DNA of 64,000 nucleotides. It comes from Mycobacteriales bacterium (GTDB taxonomy: Bacteria > Actinomycetota > Actinomycetes > Mycobacteriales > CADCTP01). Below the pieces are notes generated by a model. It was given only the letters and a program-made list of their open reading frames with translations, did no database searches and was not told where the DNA came from. Below, in pieces: positions 1-8,419 of this stretch; the first letter of the stretch is position 1, and the number at the start of each line of letters is the position of its first letter. The DNA lies in the NCBI GenBank assembly GCA_036558285.1, contig DATBFW010000137.1:8697-72696 (forward strand), given 5' to 3'. A program made the translations under genes and the position numbers.

Positions 1-239
1 GCCGACACATACCCGGTGCCGCAGCCGAGCTCCAGCACGTCCAGGCCGGTGACGTCGTCCGGCAGCAGCCTCAGCTGCGCCTCGGGGACGCTCCAGTCAC
101 CCCAGACCGGCGCCGGCTCGGCCCACCGCTGCCGGCCGTGCGCGAGCTGGTCGCCGTAGGCTCCGACGTCCGGCGCGAGCCCCTCCCAGAACGCCCGGTT
201 CGCGGTCAGGTACTCCTCGGCAGCTGCCACACCAGACAT
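1..239 (-). CDS. class I SAM-dependent methyltransferase (5' part only; gene continues past the left edge)
   Basis: Reverse-complement translation from ATG at 239 gives MSGVAAAEEYLTANRAFWEGL...DDVTGLDVLELGCGTGYVSA. LELGCGTG is SAM-binding motif I. It is absent from the ORF track because it is open at the window edge. Confidence 0.75.
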   Translation of the reverse strand, partial: MSGVAAAEEYLTANRAFWEGLAPDVGAYGDQLAHGRQRWAEPAPVWGDWSVPEAQLRLLPDDVTGLDVLELGCGTGYVS

Positions 240-454
240 CAGACGTCAAAACCGGCACGCCGGTCAACCGGACGCTGCCGCTGGCGGTCAGGTGCGGAGG
301 TAGGAGCCGCGTCCAGGTCGTCGACGAGGCCGGGGTGGGTCGGCCTCCAGTCCAGCCGCCGCCGGGTGAGTGCGCTCGAGGCCGGCGTGTCGACGGCGCA
401 GAACGCCCCGGACCGCCGCGGTCTGGCGATCTCATCCGGGCGGGCTGAGGACAT
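239..454 (-). pseudogene. possible 3' remnant of an NAD(P)H-binding NmrA/SDR-like oxidoreductase
   Basis: The tail of track ORF 239..982(-) reads ...FCAVDTPASSALTRRRLDWRPTHPGLVDDLDAA. This resembles the conserved C-terminus of NmrA/SDR-like proteins as I recall it. The body of such a gene is missing, because the space is occupied by the + strand gene 512..1024. Its stop overlaps the methyltransferase ATG (TGATG). Confidence 0.3.
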
Positions 455-511
455 CGCGTGCCGATCCGGGCTGTGCTGGAGCCGGCCCGCCCAGGTGCGA
501 AGGAGCGCGAC

Positions 512-1024
512 ATGGCAGACCAGGAGGAGACCGTCTTCCTCTACGTCGGTACCTACGGCGACGAGGCAACGGCTCAGAACGACTACCAGCTGGTCAAGGA
601 GCTGCACGCAGCGAAGGCGGTCGGGTCGTACGACGCCGTCGTCGTCCTCCGGGACGTCCAGGGCAAGATCCACGTCAACAAGGACGAGACCGCGTTCCGC
701 CGCGGAGGCTGGGGCGGCGCGGCCGCCGGCGCGGTGGTCGGGCTGATCTTCCCGCCGGCAATCCTGGGCGCGGCTGCTGTCGGGGCGGCCGCCGGTGCCG
801 TCGGCGGGCACCTGCGCCGCGGCCTGTCCCGCAAGGACGCCGACGAGCTGGGCGACCTGCTCGCGCTCGGCGAGGCCGCGCTCATCGTGGTGGGCCACAG
901 CAAGCTGGCCGACGTCCTCGACCACGGCCGGCTGAACGCCGCCCGCCACGTCTACAAGCAGCTGGGCGTCGACCCCAAGCACATCGACGACGCGGTCCGC
1001 GACGCCGTCCGCGAGATGGGCTGA
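512..1024 (+). CDS. DUF1269-family membrane protein (general-stress type)
   Basis: Track ORF 458..1024. I place the start at ATG 512 (MADQEETVFLYVGTYGDEATAQNDY...), 6 nt after AAGGAG at 500-505. A soluble N-domain is followed by the glycine-zipper segment GGWGGAAAGAVVGLIFPPAILGAAAVGAAAGAVGG. Confidence 0.8.
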   Translation: MADQEETVFLYVGTYGDEATAQNDYQLVKELHAAKAVGSYDAVVVLRDVQGKIHVNKDETAFRRGGWGGAAAGAVVGLIFPPAILGAAAVGAAAGAVGGHLRRGLSRKDADELGDLLALGEAALIVVGHSKLADVLDHGRLNAARHVYKQLGVDPKHIDDAVRDAVREMG

Positions 1025-1040
1025 CCCGCCGGGTCAGCCC
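1018..1040. terminator. bidirectional stem-loop spanning both convergent stop codons
   Basis: GGGCTGACCC (1018-1027) and GGGTCAGCCC (1031-1040) form a 10-bp perfect stem with a 3-nt loop. It contains TGA 1022-1024 (+ gene) and TCA 1034-1036 (- gene stop). Confidence 0.4.
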
Positions 1041-1330
1041 GCGGCCGGATGCGGCACCGGGTCGAGGATGCTGGTCCGCGGGGCACCGGCGAGCGCGGGG
1101 GCGCTGCCGGGCGCCGTCCACACCTGGGTCTGCAGGAAGTGCAGGAACGACTCGGCCTGACCGGCCGTGTCGAAGTCGAGGTCCAGCACGACGTAGTGCC
1201 GGTTGCCGGCCGGCTGCCAGATGCGCTGCGCGGTCACGCCGGCCGCCGCGCGCCGGTCGGCGAACCGGTCGAACGCGGCGAGCCAGGTGTCGAGGTCGGT
1301 GATCGGGTGCTCGATGTGCAGGGTGGGCAC
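1034..1330 (-). CDS. small conserved hypothetical protein (about 98 aa)
   Basis: Only the C-terminal part of track ORF 1034..1714(-) looks protein-like: VPTLHIEHPITDLDTWLAAFDRFADRRAAAGVTAQRIWQPAGNRHYVVLDLDFDTAGQAESFLHFLQTQVW... It starts at GTG 1330 preceded by AGGAGG. Upstream residues are Ser/Arg-rich shadow sequence. Confidence 0.6.
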   Translation of the reverse strand: MPTLHIEHPITDLDTWLAAFDRFADRRAAAGVTAQRIWQPAGNRHYVVLDLDFDTAGQAESFLHFLQTQVWTAPGSAPALAGAPRTSILDPVPHPAAG

Positions 1331-1427
1331 GGCGTCCTCCTGGTCTGCTCGGCCGGCTGCGTCGCTGGTCGAGGCTAGGGATCGCCCGCTGCCGGCCGGT
1401 ATCCCAACTTGCTGGGATGCTTCGCCG

Positions 1428-2480
1428 ATGGGGCGTGCGGCAGCGGTGCAGGACCGGGTGGTCCGGCTCTGCTCGCCCGGAGCCGACGCCCGCACGCTCC
1501 GGCTGGAGCTGCTCACCGAGATCCGCCGCGCGGTCGGCTTCGACGCGTACGCCTGGCTGCTCACCGACCCGGAGACGTCCGTCGGGTCGGACCCGCTCGC
1601 GGACGTGCCGTGCCTGCCGGAGCTGCCGCGGCTGATCCGGCTGAAGTACCTGACGCCGGTGGCCCGGTGGACGGCGCTGCCGGCGGTCGGTGTGACCACG
1701 CTGCTGGCGGCCACCGGCGGCGAACCGGCCCGCAGCCGGCTCTGGCGCGAGCTGCTGGCCGCGTACGGGGTGGTGGACCTGGCGTCGGCGGTGTTCCGGG
1801 ATGCCTACGGCTGCTGGGGCTTCCTCGACCTGTGGCGGGTCGGGCCGGGCGCGCGGGCGTTCACCCCGGACGAGACCGGGCTGCTGGCCGAGCTCGCTCC
1901 GGCCGTCACCGGCGGGCTGCGGCGGGCGCAGGCCGCGACCTTCGCCGCCTCGCCCGGTAGCGGCGCCGAGGGCCCGGTCGTGCTGCTGCTCTCGCCCGAG
2001 CTGACGCCGCTGGCCCAGACGCCGCAGACGGACGCGTACCTGCGGGCGCTGGTGCCGCCGGAGGGCGATGCCCGGCCGGTCCCGGCCGCCGCCTACAACG
2101 TCGGCGCGCAGCTGCTCGCCGTGGAGGAGGGGGTGGACGGCAACCCTCCGGTGGCGCGGGTGCACCTGTCCGGCGGGCAGTGGCTCGGCGTGCGGGCGGC
2201 GCGGATGGACGAGGCGCCGGCGACGGCGCGCGGCACCATCGCGGTGACGATCGAGCCCGCGTCGCCGGCCGAGCGGCTGGGCCTGTTCGCCCGCGCCTGC
2301 GGGCTGACGCGGCGGGAGGCCGAGCTGCTGCGGCACCTGGCCACCGGCAGCGACACCCGCGGGCTGGCCCGGCGGATGGGGCTGTCCGAGCACACGGTCC
2401 AGGACCACCTGAAGTCGGTCTTCGTGAAGACCGGGACCCGGTCCCGCCGTGACCTGCTCGCCCGGGCCCTGGGAGGGTGA
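1428..2480 (+). CDS. LuxR-family transcriptional regulator with N-terminal GAF-like sensory region
   Basis: Track ORF 1203..2480, started at ATG 1428 (MGRAAAVQDRVVRLCS...). The C-terminus carries a LuxR HTH: LTRREAELLRHLATGSDTRGLARRMGLSEHTVQDHLKSVFVKTGTRSRRDLLA. Confidence 0.85.
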   Translation: MGRAAAVQDRVVRLCSPGADARTLRLELLTEIRRAVGFDAYAWLLTDPETSVGSDPLADVPCLPELPRLIRLKYLTPVARWTALPAVGVTTLLAATGGEPARSRLWRELLAAYGVVDLASAVFRDAYGCWGFLDLWRVGPGARAFTPDETGLLAELAPAVTGGLRRAQAATFAASPGSGAEGPVVLLLSPELTPLAQTPQTDAYLRALVPPEGDARPVPAAAYNVGAQLLAVEEGVDGNPPVARVHLSGGQWLGVRAARMDEAPATARGTIAVTIEPASPAERLGLFARACGLTRREAELLRHLATGSDTRGLARRMGLSEHTVQDHLKSVFVKTGTRSRRDLLARALGG

Positions 2481-2863
2481 GCGGGTCGGATCGAGCGAGC
2501 AGCGTGAGGAGGAGTGGCGTGGGCCTGCACATCCGGAACACGGACCTGCCGGGGAGCGACGTCTCGCGGACGTTCCTGGGGCGCGACCACGGTGGCGTGC
2601 CGGTGTCGTTCTTCATCCAGGCCAGCCCGCCGGGCCACGGTCCCGGACCGCACACCCACCCGTACGCCGAGGTGTTCGTGCTGCACGAGGGCTCGGGCTC
2701 GTTCCTGGCCGGCGACCGGACGATCGAGGCGACCGGCGGCTCGGTGGTGGTCGTGCCGCCCGGCGAGCTGCACGGGTTCACCGCGTCCGGCGACGGTCCG
2801 CTGCGGATGACCTGCATCCACGTGAACGACCGGATGATCACCGAGTGGGCGGCGACCGACTGA
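2477..2863 (+). CDS. cupin domain protein
   Basis: 128-aa ORF whose GTG start overlaps the LuxR stop (GTGA). The cupin metal motif is GPGPHTHPYAEVFVLHEG...GELHGF. Confidence 0.8.
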   Translation: MSGSDRASSVRRSGVGLHIRNTDLPGSDVSRTFLGRDHGGVPVSFFIQASPPGHGPGPHTHPYAEVFVLHEGSGSFLAGDRTIEATGGSVVVVPPGELHGFTASGDGPLRMTCIHVNDRMITEWAATD

Positions 2864-2948
2864 GCCGGCAAGGTGTCGATCCGGTCGGCCGGCGTTCGTG
2901 GTGTCGGTGTGGGGCGGCACTGGGCGGCCCCGGACGGAGGACACCGAG

Positions 2949-3551
2949 ATGCGCACGGTGATCGTGAACACCTTCCTCACCCTCGACGGGGTCATGCAGG
3001 CCCCGGGTGGGCCGGAGGAGGACGGGGAGGGCGGCTTCGCCTACGGCGGCTGGTCGGCGAACTACTGGGACGACCGGATGGGCGAGGTCATGGGCGAGGC
3101 GATGAGCCGGCCGTTCGACCTGCTGCTCGGCCGCAAGACGTACGACATCTTCGCCGGCTACTGGCCGACGTCGACCGAGGAGGGGGCCAAGCCGCTCAAC
3201 GACGCGACCAAGTACGTCGCGTCCCGCGGCCGCCCGGCGCTGGACTGGGCGACCTCGGTCCAGATCGAGGGCGACGCGGCCGAGGGCGTGGCCGCGCTGA
3301 AGCGGACCGACGGGCCGGAGCTGCAGGTGCACGGCAGCGGCGACCTGCTGCAGACGCTGATCCGGCACAACCTGGTCGACCGCTACCGGCTGTGGGTGTT
3401 CCCGGTCGTGGTCGGCTCGGGCAAGCGGCTGTTCGCCGGCGGGACGATCCCGGGCAAGCTGCGGCTGGTCGACGGCGTCGTGTCGACGACCGGCGTCATG
3501 ATCGGCACGTACGAACCGGCCGGCGAGATCGAGACCGGCTCGTTCGGCTGA
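2949..3551 (+). CDS. dihydrofolate reductase family protein (RibD C-terminal domain type)
   Basis: Track ORF 2898..3551, started at ATG 2949 after GGAGGA. MRTVIVNTFLTLDGVMQAPGGPEED...YRLWVFPVVVGSGKRLF is the characteristic pattern of this family. Confidence 0.85.
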   Translation: MRTVIVNTFLTLDGVMQAPGGPEEDGEGGFAYGGWSANYWDDRMGEVMGEAMSRPFDLLLGRKTYDIFAGYWPTSTEEGAKPLNDATKYVASRGRPALDWATSVQIEGDAAEGVAALKRTDGPELQVHGSGDLLQTLIRHNLVDRYRLWVFPVVVGSGKRLFAGGTIPGKLRLVDGVVSTTGVMIGTYEPAGEIETGSFG

Positions 3552-3558
3552 CGGCTCC

Positions 3559-3593
3559 AGCGCGCCGGCGGCCCGCGCGGTCGCCGGCGCGCT
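3559..3593 (+). terminator. stem-loop downstream of the DHFR-family gene
   Basis: AGCGCGCCGGCG (3559-3570) pairs with CGCCGGCGCGCT (3582-3593), giving a 12-bp perfect stem and an 11-nt loop. It is followed by TGATCGGTGTTGTTCCG (T-enriched). Confidence 0.45.
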
Positions 3594-3678
3594 TGATCGG
3601 TGTTGTTCCGTATCGATTCAGCACGACACGGTGAGCGGGCCGATCTCCGGCAGACGAGAGGACGTGCACGGGGTGGAC

Positions 3679-4287
3679 ATGAAACTCGAGGTCGTCGTCG
3701 TACCGGTGTCCGACGTCGACCGGGCGAAGGCCTTCTACACGGGGCTCGGCTGGCGGCAGGACGCCGACGTGGTCGGCGGACCCGATTTCCGGGTCGTGCA
3801 GGTGACCCCGCCCGGCTCCGACTGCTCGGTCATCTTCGGCACCGGGCTCACCACCGCCGCGCCGGGCTCCGCCGACGGGCTGCACCTGGTGGTCACCGAC
3901 ATCGAGACGGCCAGGGCCGACCTGGTCGCGCACGGCACGGACGCCGGCGAGGTCTTCCACGACACCGGCGGGGTGTTCCACCACGCCGGGACCACCGACC
4001 GCGCGCCCGGCCCCGACCCCGACCGGCGCAGCTATTCCTCGTTCGTGTCGTTCAGCGACCCGGACGGCAACGGCTGGGTGCTGCAGGAGATCACGACCAG
4101 GCTGCCCGGCCGGGTGACCACGCCCACCACGTACCAGTCGGCGGCCGAGCTGGCCGACGCGATGCGGCGGGCATCCCAGGCGCACGGCAAGCACGAGGAG
4201 CGGATCGGCAGGGCCGACCCGGACTGGCCGGACTGGTACGCCGACTACATGGTGCGCGAGCAGGCCGGGCAGGAGCTGCCGACGTGA
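3679..4287 (+). CDS. VOC (glyoxalase/bleomycin-resistance/dioxygenase) family protein
   Basis: Track ORF 3631..4287, started at ATG 3679: MKLEVVVVPVSDVDRAKAFYTGLGWRQDAD...SFSDPDGNGWVLQEI. Confidence 0.85.
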   Translation: MKLEVVVVPVSDVDRAKAFYTGLGWRQDADVVGGPDFRVVQVTPPGSDCSVIFGTGLTTAAPGSADGLHLVVTDIETARADLVAHGTDAGEVFHDTGGVFHHAGTTDRAPGPDPDRRSYSSFVSFSDPDGNGWVLQEITTRLPGRVTTPTTYQSAAELADAMRRASQAHGKHEERIGRADPDWPDWYADYMVREQAGQELPT

Positions 4288-5630
4288 GCGACTTCGACGT
4301 CATCGTGATGGGCGCCGGCGCACCGGGCGAGCACTGCGCCGGCGAGCTGGTCGACGGCGGCCTGCGGGTCGCGGTGGTCGAGCGCGAGCTGGTCGGCGGC
4401 GAGTGCTCCTACTACGCCTGCATCCCGTCCAAGACCCTGCTGCGCCCCGGCGAGGCCGTGTACGACGCCCGCGAGGCGGCCGCCACGGCGGAGGTGAACG
4501 TCCCGGCGGCGCTGGCCTGGCGGGACTTCATGGTCTCGGACTACTCCGACACCGGCGCCGAGGGTTGGCTGAAGACCAAGGGCATCCGGCTGCTGCGCGG
4601 CACCGGCCGGCTGGCCGGCACCGGCGTCGTCGAGGTCGCCGGCGAGCGGCACACCGCCCGGCACGTCGTCCTCGCCACCGGCGCCGACGCGGTCATCCCG
4701 CCCGTCCCGGGGCTGCGGGAGCTGGCCGGGGTGTGGACCAACCGCGAGGTGACCGGGATGAAGGCGGTCCCGCGCCGGCTGCTGGTGCTCGGCGGCGGCC
4801 CGGTCGGCACCGAGATGGCGCAGGCCGTCCGCCGGCTCGGCGGCGAGGTGGCGCTGGTGGCCGGCGGCGACCGGGTGCTGCCGCGCGAGCCGGCGCCGCT
4901 CGGTGAGGCGCTCGGCGAGGTGCTGCGCCGGGACGGGGTCGAGCTCGCCTTCGGCGCGAAGGCCACCGCCGCCCGCCGCGACGGCGAGGACTACGTGCTG
5001 GTCCTGGACGACGGGCGGGAGCTCCGCGGCGACCGGCTGCTGGTGGCGACCGGCCGCCGGCCCCGGACAACCGGGCTCGGCCTGGAGACGGTCGGCGTCG
5101 AGGCCGGGCCGCGCGGCATCCCGGTGGATGCGCAGCTGCGGGCGGGCGAGCGGCTGTGGGCGATCGGCGACGCCACCGGCATCTTCCAGCTCACCCACGT
5201 CGGCAAGTACCAGGGCGAGGTGGTCGCGGCCAACATCCTCGGCGCGTCGCGGGAGGCCAACTACGAGGCGGTGCCGCGGGTGGTCTACACCGACCCGGAG
5301 GCGGCCGCGGTCGGGTCCGGCGAGGGCCGGTTCACGGCGACCGTGCCGATCTCGGAGGTGGCCAGGACCGCGACGTACACCCGGGCGTACGCGGAGTCGA
5401 CCGGGTTCCTCACCCTGCTCAGCGACGGCGAGCGGCTCACCGGTGCGTACGCGCTGGGGCCGGCGGCGGGGGAGTGGCTGCAGCAGGCCACGCTGGCCAT
5501 CCGCGCCCGCGTCCCGATCGGCGTGCTGCGGGACACGATCCAGCCGTTCCCGACGTTCTCCGAGATCTACGTCGCCGCGCTGAAGGCGCTGCACGCGACG
5601 GTCGCGGCGGCCGGCGGGGAAGCGGGGTGA
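4284..5630 (+). CDS. class I pyridine nucleotide-disulfide oxidoreductase (dihydrolipoamide dehydrogenase / mycothione reductase-like flavoprotein)
   Basis: This is the real part of track ORF 3600..5630. It starts at GTG 4284, overlapping the VOC stop (GTGA). VSDFDVIVMGAGAPGEHCAG is the FAD dinucleotide fold. GGECSYYACIPSK is the redox-active CxxxxC. A second GGGPVGTE fold and a C-terminal dimerisation region follow. Confidence 0.9.
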   Translation: MSDFDVIVMGAGAPGEHCAGELVDGGLRVAVVERELVGGECSYYACIPSKTLLRPGEAVYDAREAAATAEVNVPAALAWRDFMVSDYSDTGAEGWLKTKGIRLLRGTGRLAGTGVVEVAGERHTARHVVLATGADAVIPPVPGLRELAGVWTNREVTGMKAVPRRLLVLGGGPVGTEMAQAVRRLGGEVALVAGGDRVLPREPAPLGEALGEVLRRDGVELAFGAKATAARRDGEDYVLVLDDGRELRGDRLLVATGRRPRTTGLGLETVGVEAGPRGIPVDAQLRAGERLWAIGDATGIFQLTHVGKYQGEVVAANILGASREANYEAVPRVVYTDPEAAAVGSGEGRFTATVPISEVARTATYTRAYAESTGFLTLLSDGERLTGAYALGPAAGEWLQQATLAIRARVPIGVLRDTIQPFPTFSEIYVAALKALHATVAAAGGEAG

Positions 5631-6361
5631 GCGGCGAGCCGACGCTGGCCGGCCAGACCGTCGTCGTGATCGGCGGCAGCTCCGGCATCGGGCTGGAGAC
5701 GGCCAGGCTGGCCCGGGCGGAAGGCGCCGAGGTCGTGCTCACCGGCCGCGACGCGGACCGGCTGGAGCGCGCGGCGGCCGAGGTCGGGGCGGTGCGGACC
5801 GAGGCGTTCGACGCGACCGACTTCGACCGGCTGGGGCGGTTCTTCGCCGACCTGCCGGGGCCGGTCGACCACGTGGTGGTCACGGCCGGCAGTCCGTACT
5901 ACGCGCCGCTGGCCGAGATGGACGTCGCCCAGGCGCGCCGGGACACCGACACGCACCTGTGGCTGCCGGTCTACGTCGCCAAGCTCGCGATCGGCCGGGT
6001 CCGGGCGGGCGGGTCGCTGCTGTTGTTCAGCGGCACCGGCGGCCGGCGTACCGCCGTGGGGTTGTCGCTGGTGTCCACCCTGACTGCCGGGCTGCCGGCG
6101 CTGACGAAGAGCCTGGCGCTGGAGGTCGCCCCGATCAGGGTCAACCTCATCGCGCCCGGGTTCGTGGACACGCCGCTGTCCGCGTCGCTGCTCGGCGACC
6201 AGCTGGAGGAGCGGCGGGCGCAGCTGCGCTCGACGCTGCCGATCCGGCGGGTGGTCGGGCCGGCGGACGTCGCCGCGCTGTCCGTGCACGTCATGGTCAA
6301 CACCGCGCTCACCGGCGCCACGTTCGACGTCGACGGCGGCCAGCAACTGGTCCCCGGCTGA
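5627..6361 (+). CDS. SDR family oxidoreductase
   Basis: This is the real part of track ORF 5156..6361, with GTG 5627 overlapping the preceding stop (GTGA). It has LAGQTVVVIGGSSGIGLETARLA (TGxxxGxG) and NLIAPGFVDTPL. Confidence 0.9.
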   Translation: MSGEPTLAGQTVVVIGGSSGIGLETARLARAEGAEVVLTGRDADRLERAAAEVGAVRTEAFDATDFDRLGRFFADLPGPVDHVVVTAGSPYYAPLAEMDVAQARRDTDTHLWLPVYVAKLAIGRVRAGGSLLLFSGTGGRRTAVGLSLVSTLTAGLPALTKSLALEVAPIRVNLIAPGFVDTPLSASLLGDQLEERRAQLRSTLPIRRVVGPADVAALSVHVMVNTALTGATFDVDGGQQLVPG

Positions 6362-6407
6362 CCGGCACCGTCGCGGCGGCCTGGCCGTGGCGCCCTGCCC
6401 GCGCCGG

Positions 6408-6566
6408 GCGGCCTGGTCAGGCCGTGGCGCGCTGGCCGGGCCGGCGGTCAGGCTGTGACAGCCTGGCTGGGGCGGCGGTCAGGCTGTGGCAGCCTGGCTG
6501 GGGCGGCGGTCAGGCTGTGGCAGCCTGGCTGGGGCGGCGGTCAGGCTGTGGCAGCCTGGTCGGGGC
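6408..6566. repeat. tandem array of a 31-bp unit, each unit containing a 7-bp-stem hairpin
   Basis: The unit is GGCGGTCAGGCTGTGRCAGCCTGGCTGGGGC, at 6443-6473, 6474-6504, 6505-6535 and 6536-6566. A degenerate copy lies at about 6408-6442. Each unit carries CAGGCTG-TGR-CAGCCTG. Confidence 0.9.
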
Positions 6567-7131
6567 GGCGGTCCCAGCCGTGGAAGAGGGAGCGGTCGCC
6601 GGAGTCCCACGCCTCGCGCAGTCCCGCCCGGCTCAGATCCCAGTCCGGCCGGACCTCGCTGCTCGCCACCCGTAGGTCCCGCCAGAGGTCGTCGATCGTC
6701 GGGCGACCCCAGAACCAGTAGCCGTTGTAGACGCTGTGCACGACCAACCCCGGCTTCAGCACGAGCGTGTGCGGGATCATCGGGTCGTTCTCGGGGTCGG
6801 TGTATTCCTGGATGTCGAGGTCCTTCTGCACGATCCGGCCCGGGTCGGCGAGGAAGGTCCAGAAGGCACCCACCGACGCCCGGAACTCCTGCAGCGTGTG
6901 GTGCTCGTCCGTCGCGATCGTGACGATCTGCGTGTACGCGACCGCCAGCTTCGGCTGGAACGCGGCGAGCTCAAGGTGCTGCTGGTGTTCCTTCGGGCAG
7001 TAGTGCCCGCGGGCGAGCGTGAGGATCAGCGGGTCGCGGCCTTGCAGCTCGCTGAGCGTGCGCACGGTGCCGGTGTGGTCGGGCAGCGCGTAGTCCGGGA
7101 AGACGCCGCCGGGGACGATGTCGGGACGCAT
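6541..7131 (-). CDS. redoxin/peroxiredoxin-like thioredoxin-fold protein
   Basis: 196-aa ORF: MRPDIVPGGVFPDYALPDHTGTVRTLSELQGRDPLILTLARGHYCPKEHQQH...NGYWFWGRPTIDDLWRDLR. The last 8 codons and the stop lie inside the last 31-bp repeat unit. Confidence 0.75.
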   Translation of the reverse strand: MRPDIVPGGVFPDYALPDHTGTVRTLSELQGRDPLILTLARGHYCPKEHQQHLELAAFQPKLAVAYTQIVTIATDEHHTLQEFRASVGAFWTFLADPGRIVQKDLDIQEYTDPENDPMIPHTLVLKPGLVVHSVYNGYWFWGRPTIDDLWRDLRVASSEVRPDWDLSRAGLREAWDSGDRSLFHGWDRRPDQAATA

Positions 7132-7201
7132 GAGGTCTCCACTGGGCCGGGTCTGCTGGCGTCCCAGCGTCCCGCACCCGCGCGACCGCGGCAGAGCCGG
7201 G

Positions 7202-7495
7202 TCAGTCGACGGCTTCGACGATGCGGATGTCGCGCTCGGCGGCGTCGCCGAGCACGGTCAGCGCCTGCTGGTAGGCCGGGCTCTCGTACGCCGCGACGGC
7301 CGCCTCGACGCTGGGGTACTCGATCAGCGACGTGCGCAGGGTGATGCCGTGCTCGAACGCGGCTGCCGGCACGCCGCGGGCCAGGAACCGCCCGCCGGCC
7401 GCCTCCATCGCCGGCCCGGCCAGCCGCGCGTACGAGGCCAGCCGCTCCTCGTCGTGGATGGCGGTGAACATGTTGATCCAGTACGCCTTGGCCAT
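7202..7495 (-). CDS. DUF1330 domain protein
   Basis: C-terminal 97 aa of track ORF 7202..7876(-), from ATG 7495: MAKAYWINMFTAIHDEERLASYARLAGPAMEAAGGRFLARG... Confidence 0.8.
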   Translation of the reverse strand: MAKAYWINMFTAIHDEERLASYARLAGPAMEAAGGRFLARGVPAAAFEHGITLRTSLIEYPSVEAAVAAYESPAYQQALTVLGDAAERDIRIVEAVD

Positions 7496-7553
7496 CGACC
7501 GATGGTACGGACGGCGACGGCCGGGGGCGGACGGCGCGGGTAGGGTCGGGATC

Positions 7554-8414
7554 ATGTCCGAGTCGCGACCTCTGCACGCCGGGCAGGCCGGCACCATCGA
7601 CGTCGGCGGCGACCTCACGGTCAACCGCCTCGGCTTCGGGGCGATGCGGATCACCGGGCGCGGCATCTGGGGTCCGCCGCCGGACCGCGACGAGGCGAAG
7701 GCGGTCGTCCGGCGGGCGGTCGAGCTCGGCGTGAACTTCATCGACACCGCCGACTCGTACGGGCCGCAGGTGAGCGAGGAGATCCTCGCCGAGGCGCTGC
7801 ACCCGTACCCGGAGGATCTGGTCATCGCGACCAAGGGCGGACTGGAGCGCACCGGGCCCGGGAAGTGGCCGGCCAACGGCCGGCCGGAGCACCTGGTCGA
7901 GGCCTGCGAGGGCAGCCTGCGCCGGCTCCGGCTGGAGCAGATCCCGCTCTACCAGTTCCACCGGCCCGACCCTGAGGTGCCGCTGGAGGACTCCATCGGC
8001 GCGCTGGTCGGTCTCAAGGAGCAGGGCAAGATCCGGCACATCGGGGTGTCCAACGTCAGCGAGGAACAGCTGCGCCGGGCGCAGAAGCTGACGCCGGTGG
8101 TGTCCGTCCAGAACCGCTACAACCTCGACGACCGCCAGTCCGAGTCGCTGGTCGACCTGTGCGAGCAGGAGGCGCTGGCGTTCCTGCCGTGGGCGCCGAT
8201 CCGGGACCTCGGGGCCAACCCGCTTCTGCAGGAGGTCGCCGACCGGCACGGCGCCACCCCGCGGCAGGTCGTGCTGGCCTGGCTGCTCGCCCGGTCGCCG
8301 GCGGCGCTGCCGATCCCCGGCACCGGCTCGGTCGCGCACCTCGAGGAGAACGTCGCGGCCGCGGCGATCGAGCTGACCCGGGCCGAGGTCGCCGCGCTGA
8401 CCGGCGCGGCGTAG
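7554..8414 (+). CDS. aldo/keto reductase
   Basis: Track ORF 7332..8414, started at ATG 7554 (MSESRPLHAG...). Motifs: LGFGAMRITG, FIDTADSYG, HIGVSNV and the C-terminal PIPGTGSVAHLEEN. Confidence 0.9.
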   Translation: MSESRPLHAGQAGTIDVGGDLTVNRLGFGAMRITGRGIWGPPPDRDEAKAVVRRAVELGVNFIDTADSYGPQVSEEILAEALHPYPEDLVIATKGGLERTGPGKWPANGRPEHLVEACEGSLRRLRLEQIPLYQFHRPDPEVPLEDSIGALVGLKEQGKIRHIGVSNVSEEQLRRAQKLTPVVSVQNRYNLDDRQSESLVDLCEQEALAFLPWAPIRDLGANPLLQEVADRHGATPRQVVLAWLLARSPAALPIPGTGSVAHLEENVAAAAIELTRAEVAALTGAA

Positions 8415-8419
8415 CCCGG

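Noticed and set aside
3600-4283. The N-terminal 228 aa of track ORF 3600..5630 as part of the flavoprotein.
   Set aside because: That stretch is Arg/Gly/Pro-rich and overlaps the well-supported VOC gene in another frame. The FAD-binding fold begins right at GTG 4284, which overlaps the VOC stop.
6408-6566. The tandem 31-bp hairpin units as a CRISPR array.
   Set aside because: The units are directly contiguous with no unique spacers. There are only 4-5 copies, and no cas genes are in the window.
6455-6923. ORFs 6455..6721(+) and 6486..6923(+) (AWLGRRSGCGSLAGAAVRLWQPGWGGG...) as repeat-containing proteins.
   Set aside because: They are simply the 31-bp repeat read in two frames, and they continue antisense to the well-supported redoxin gene.
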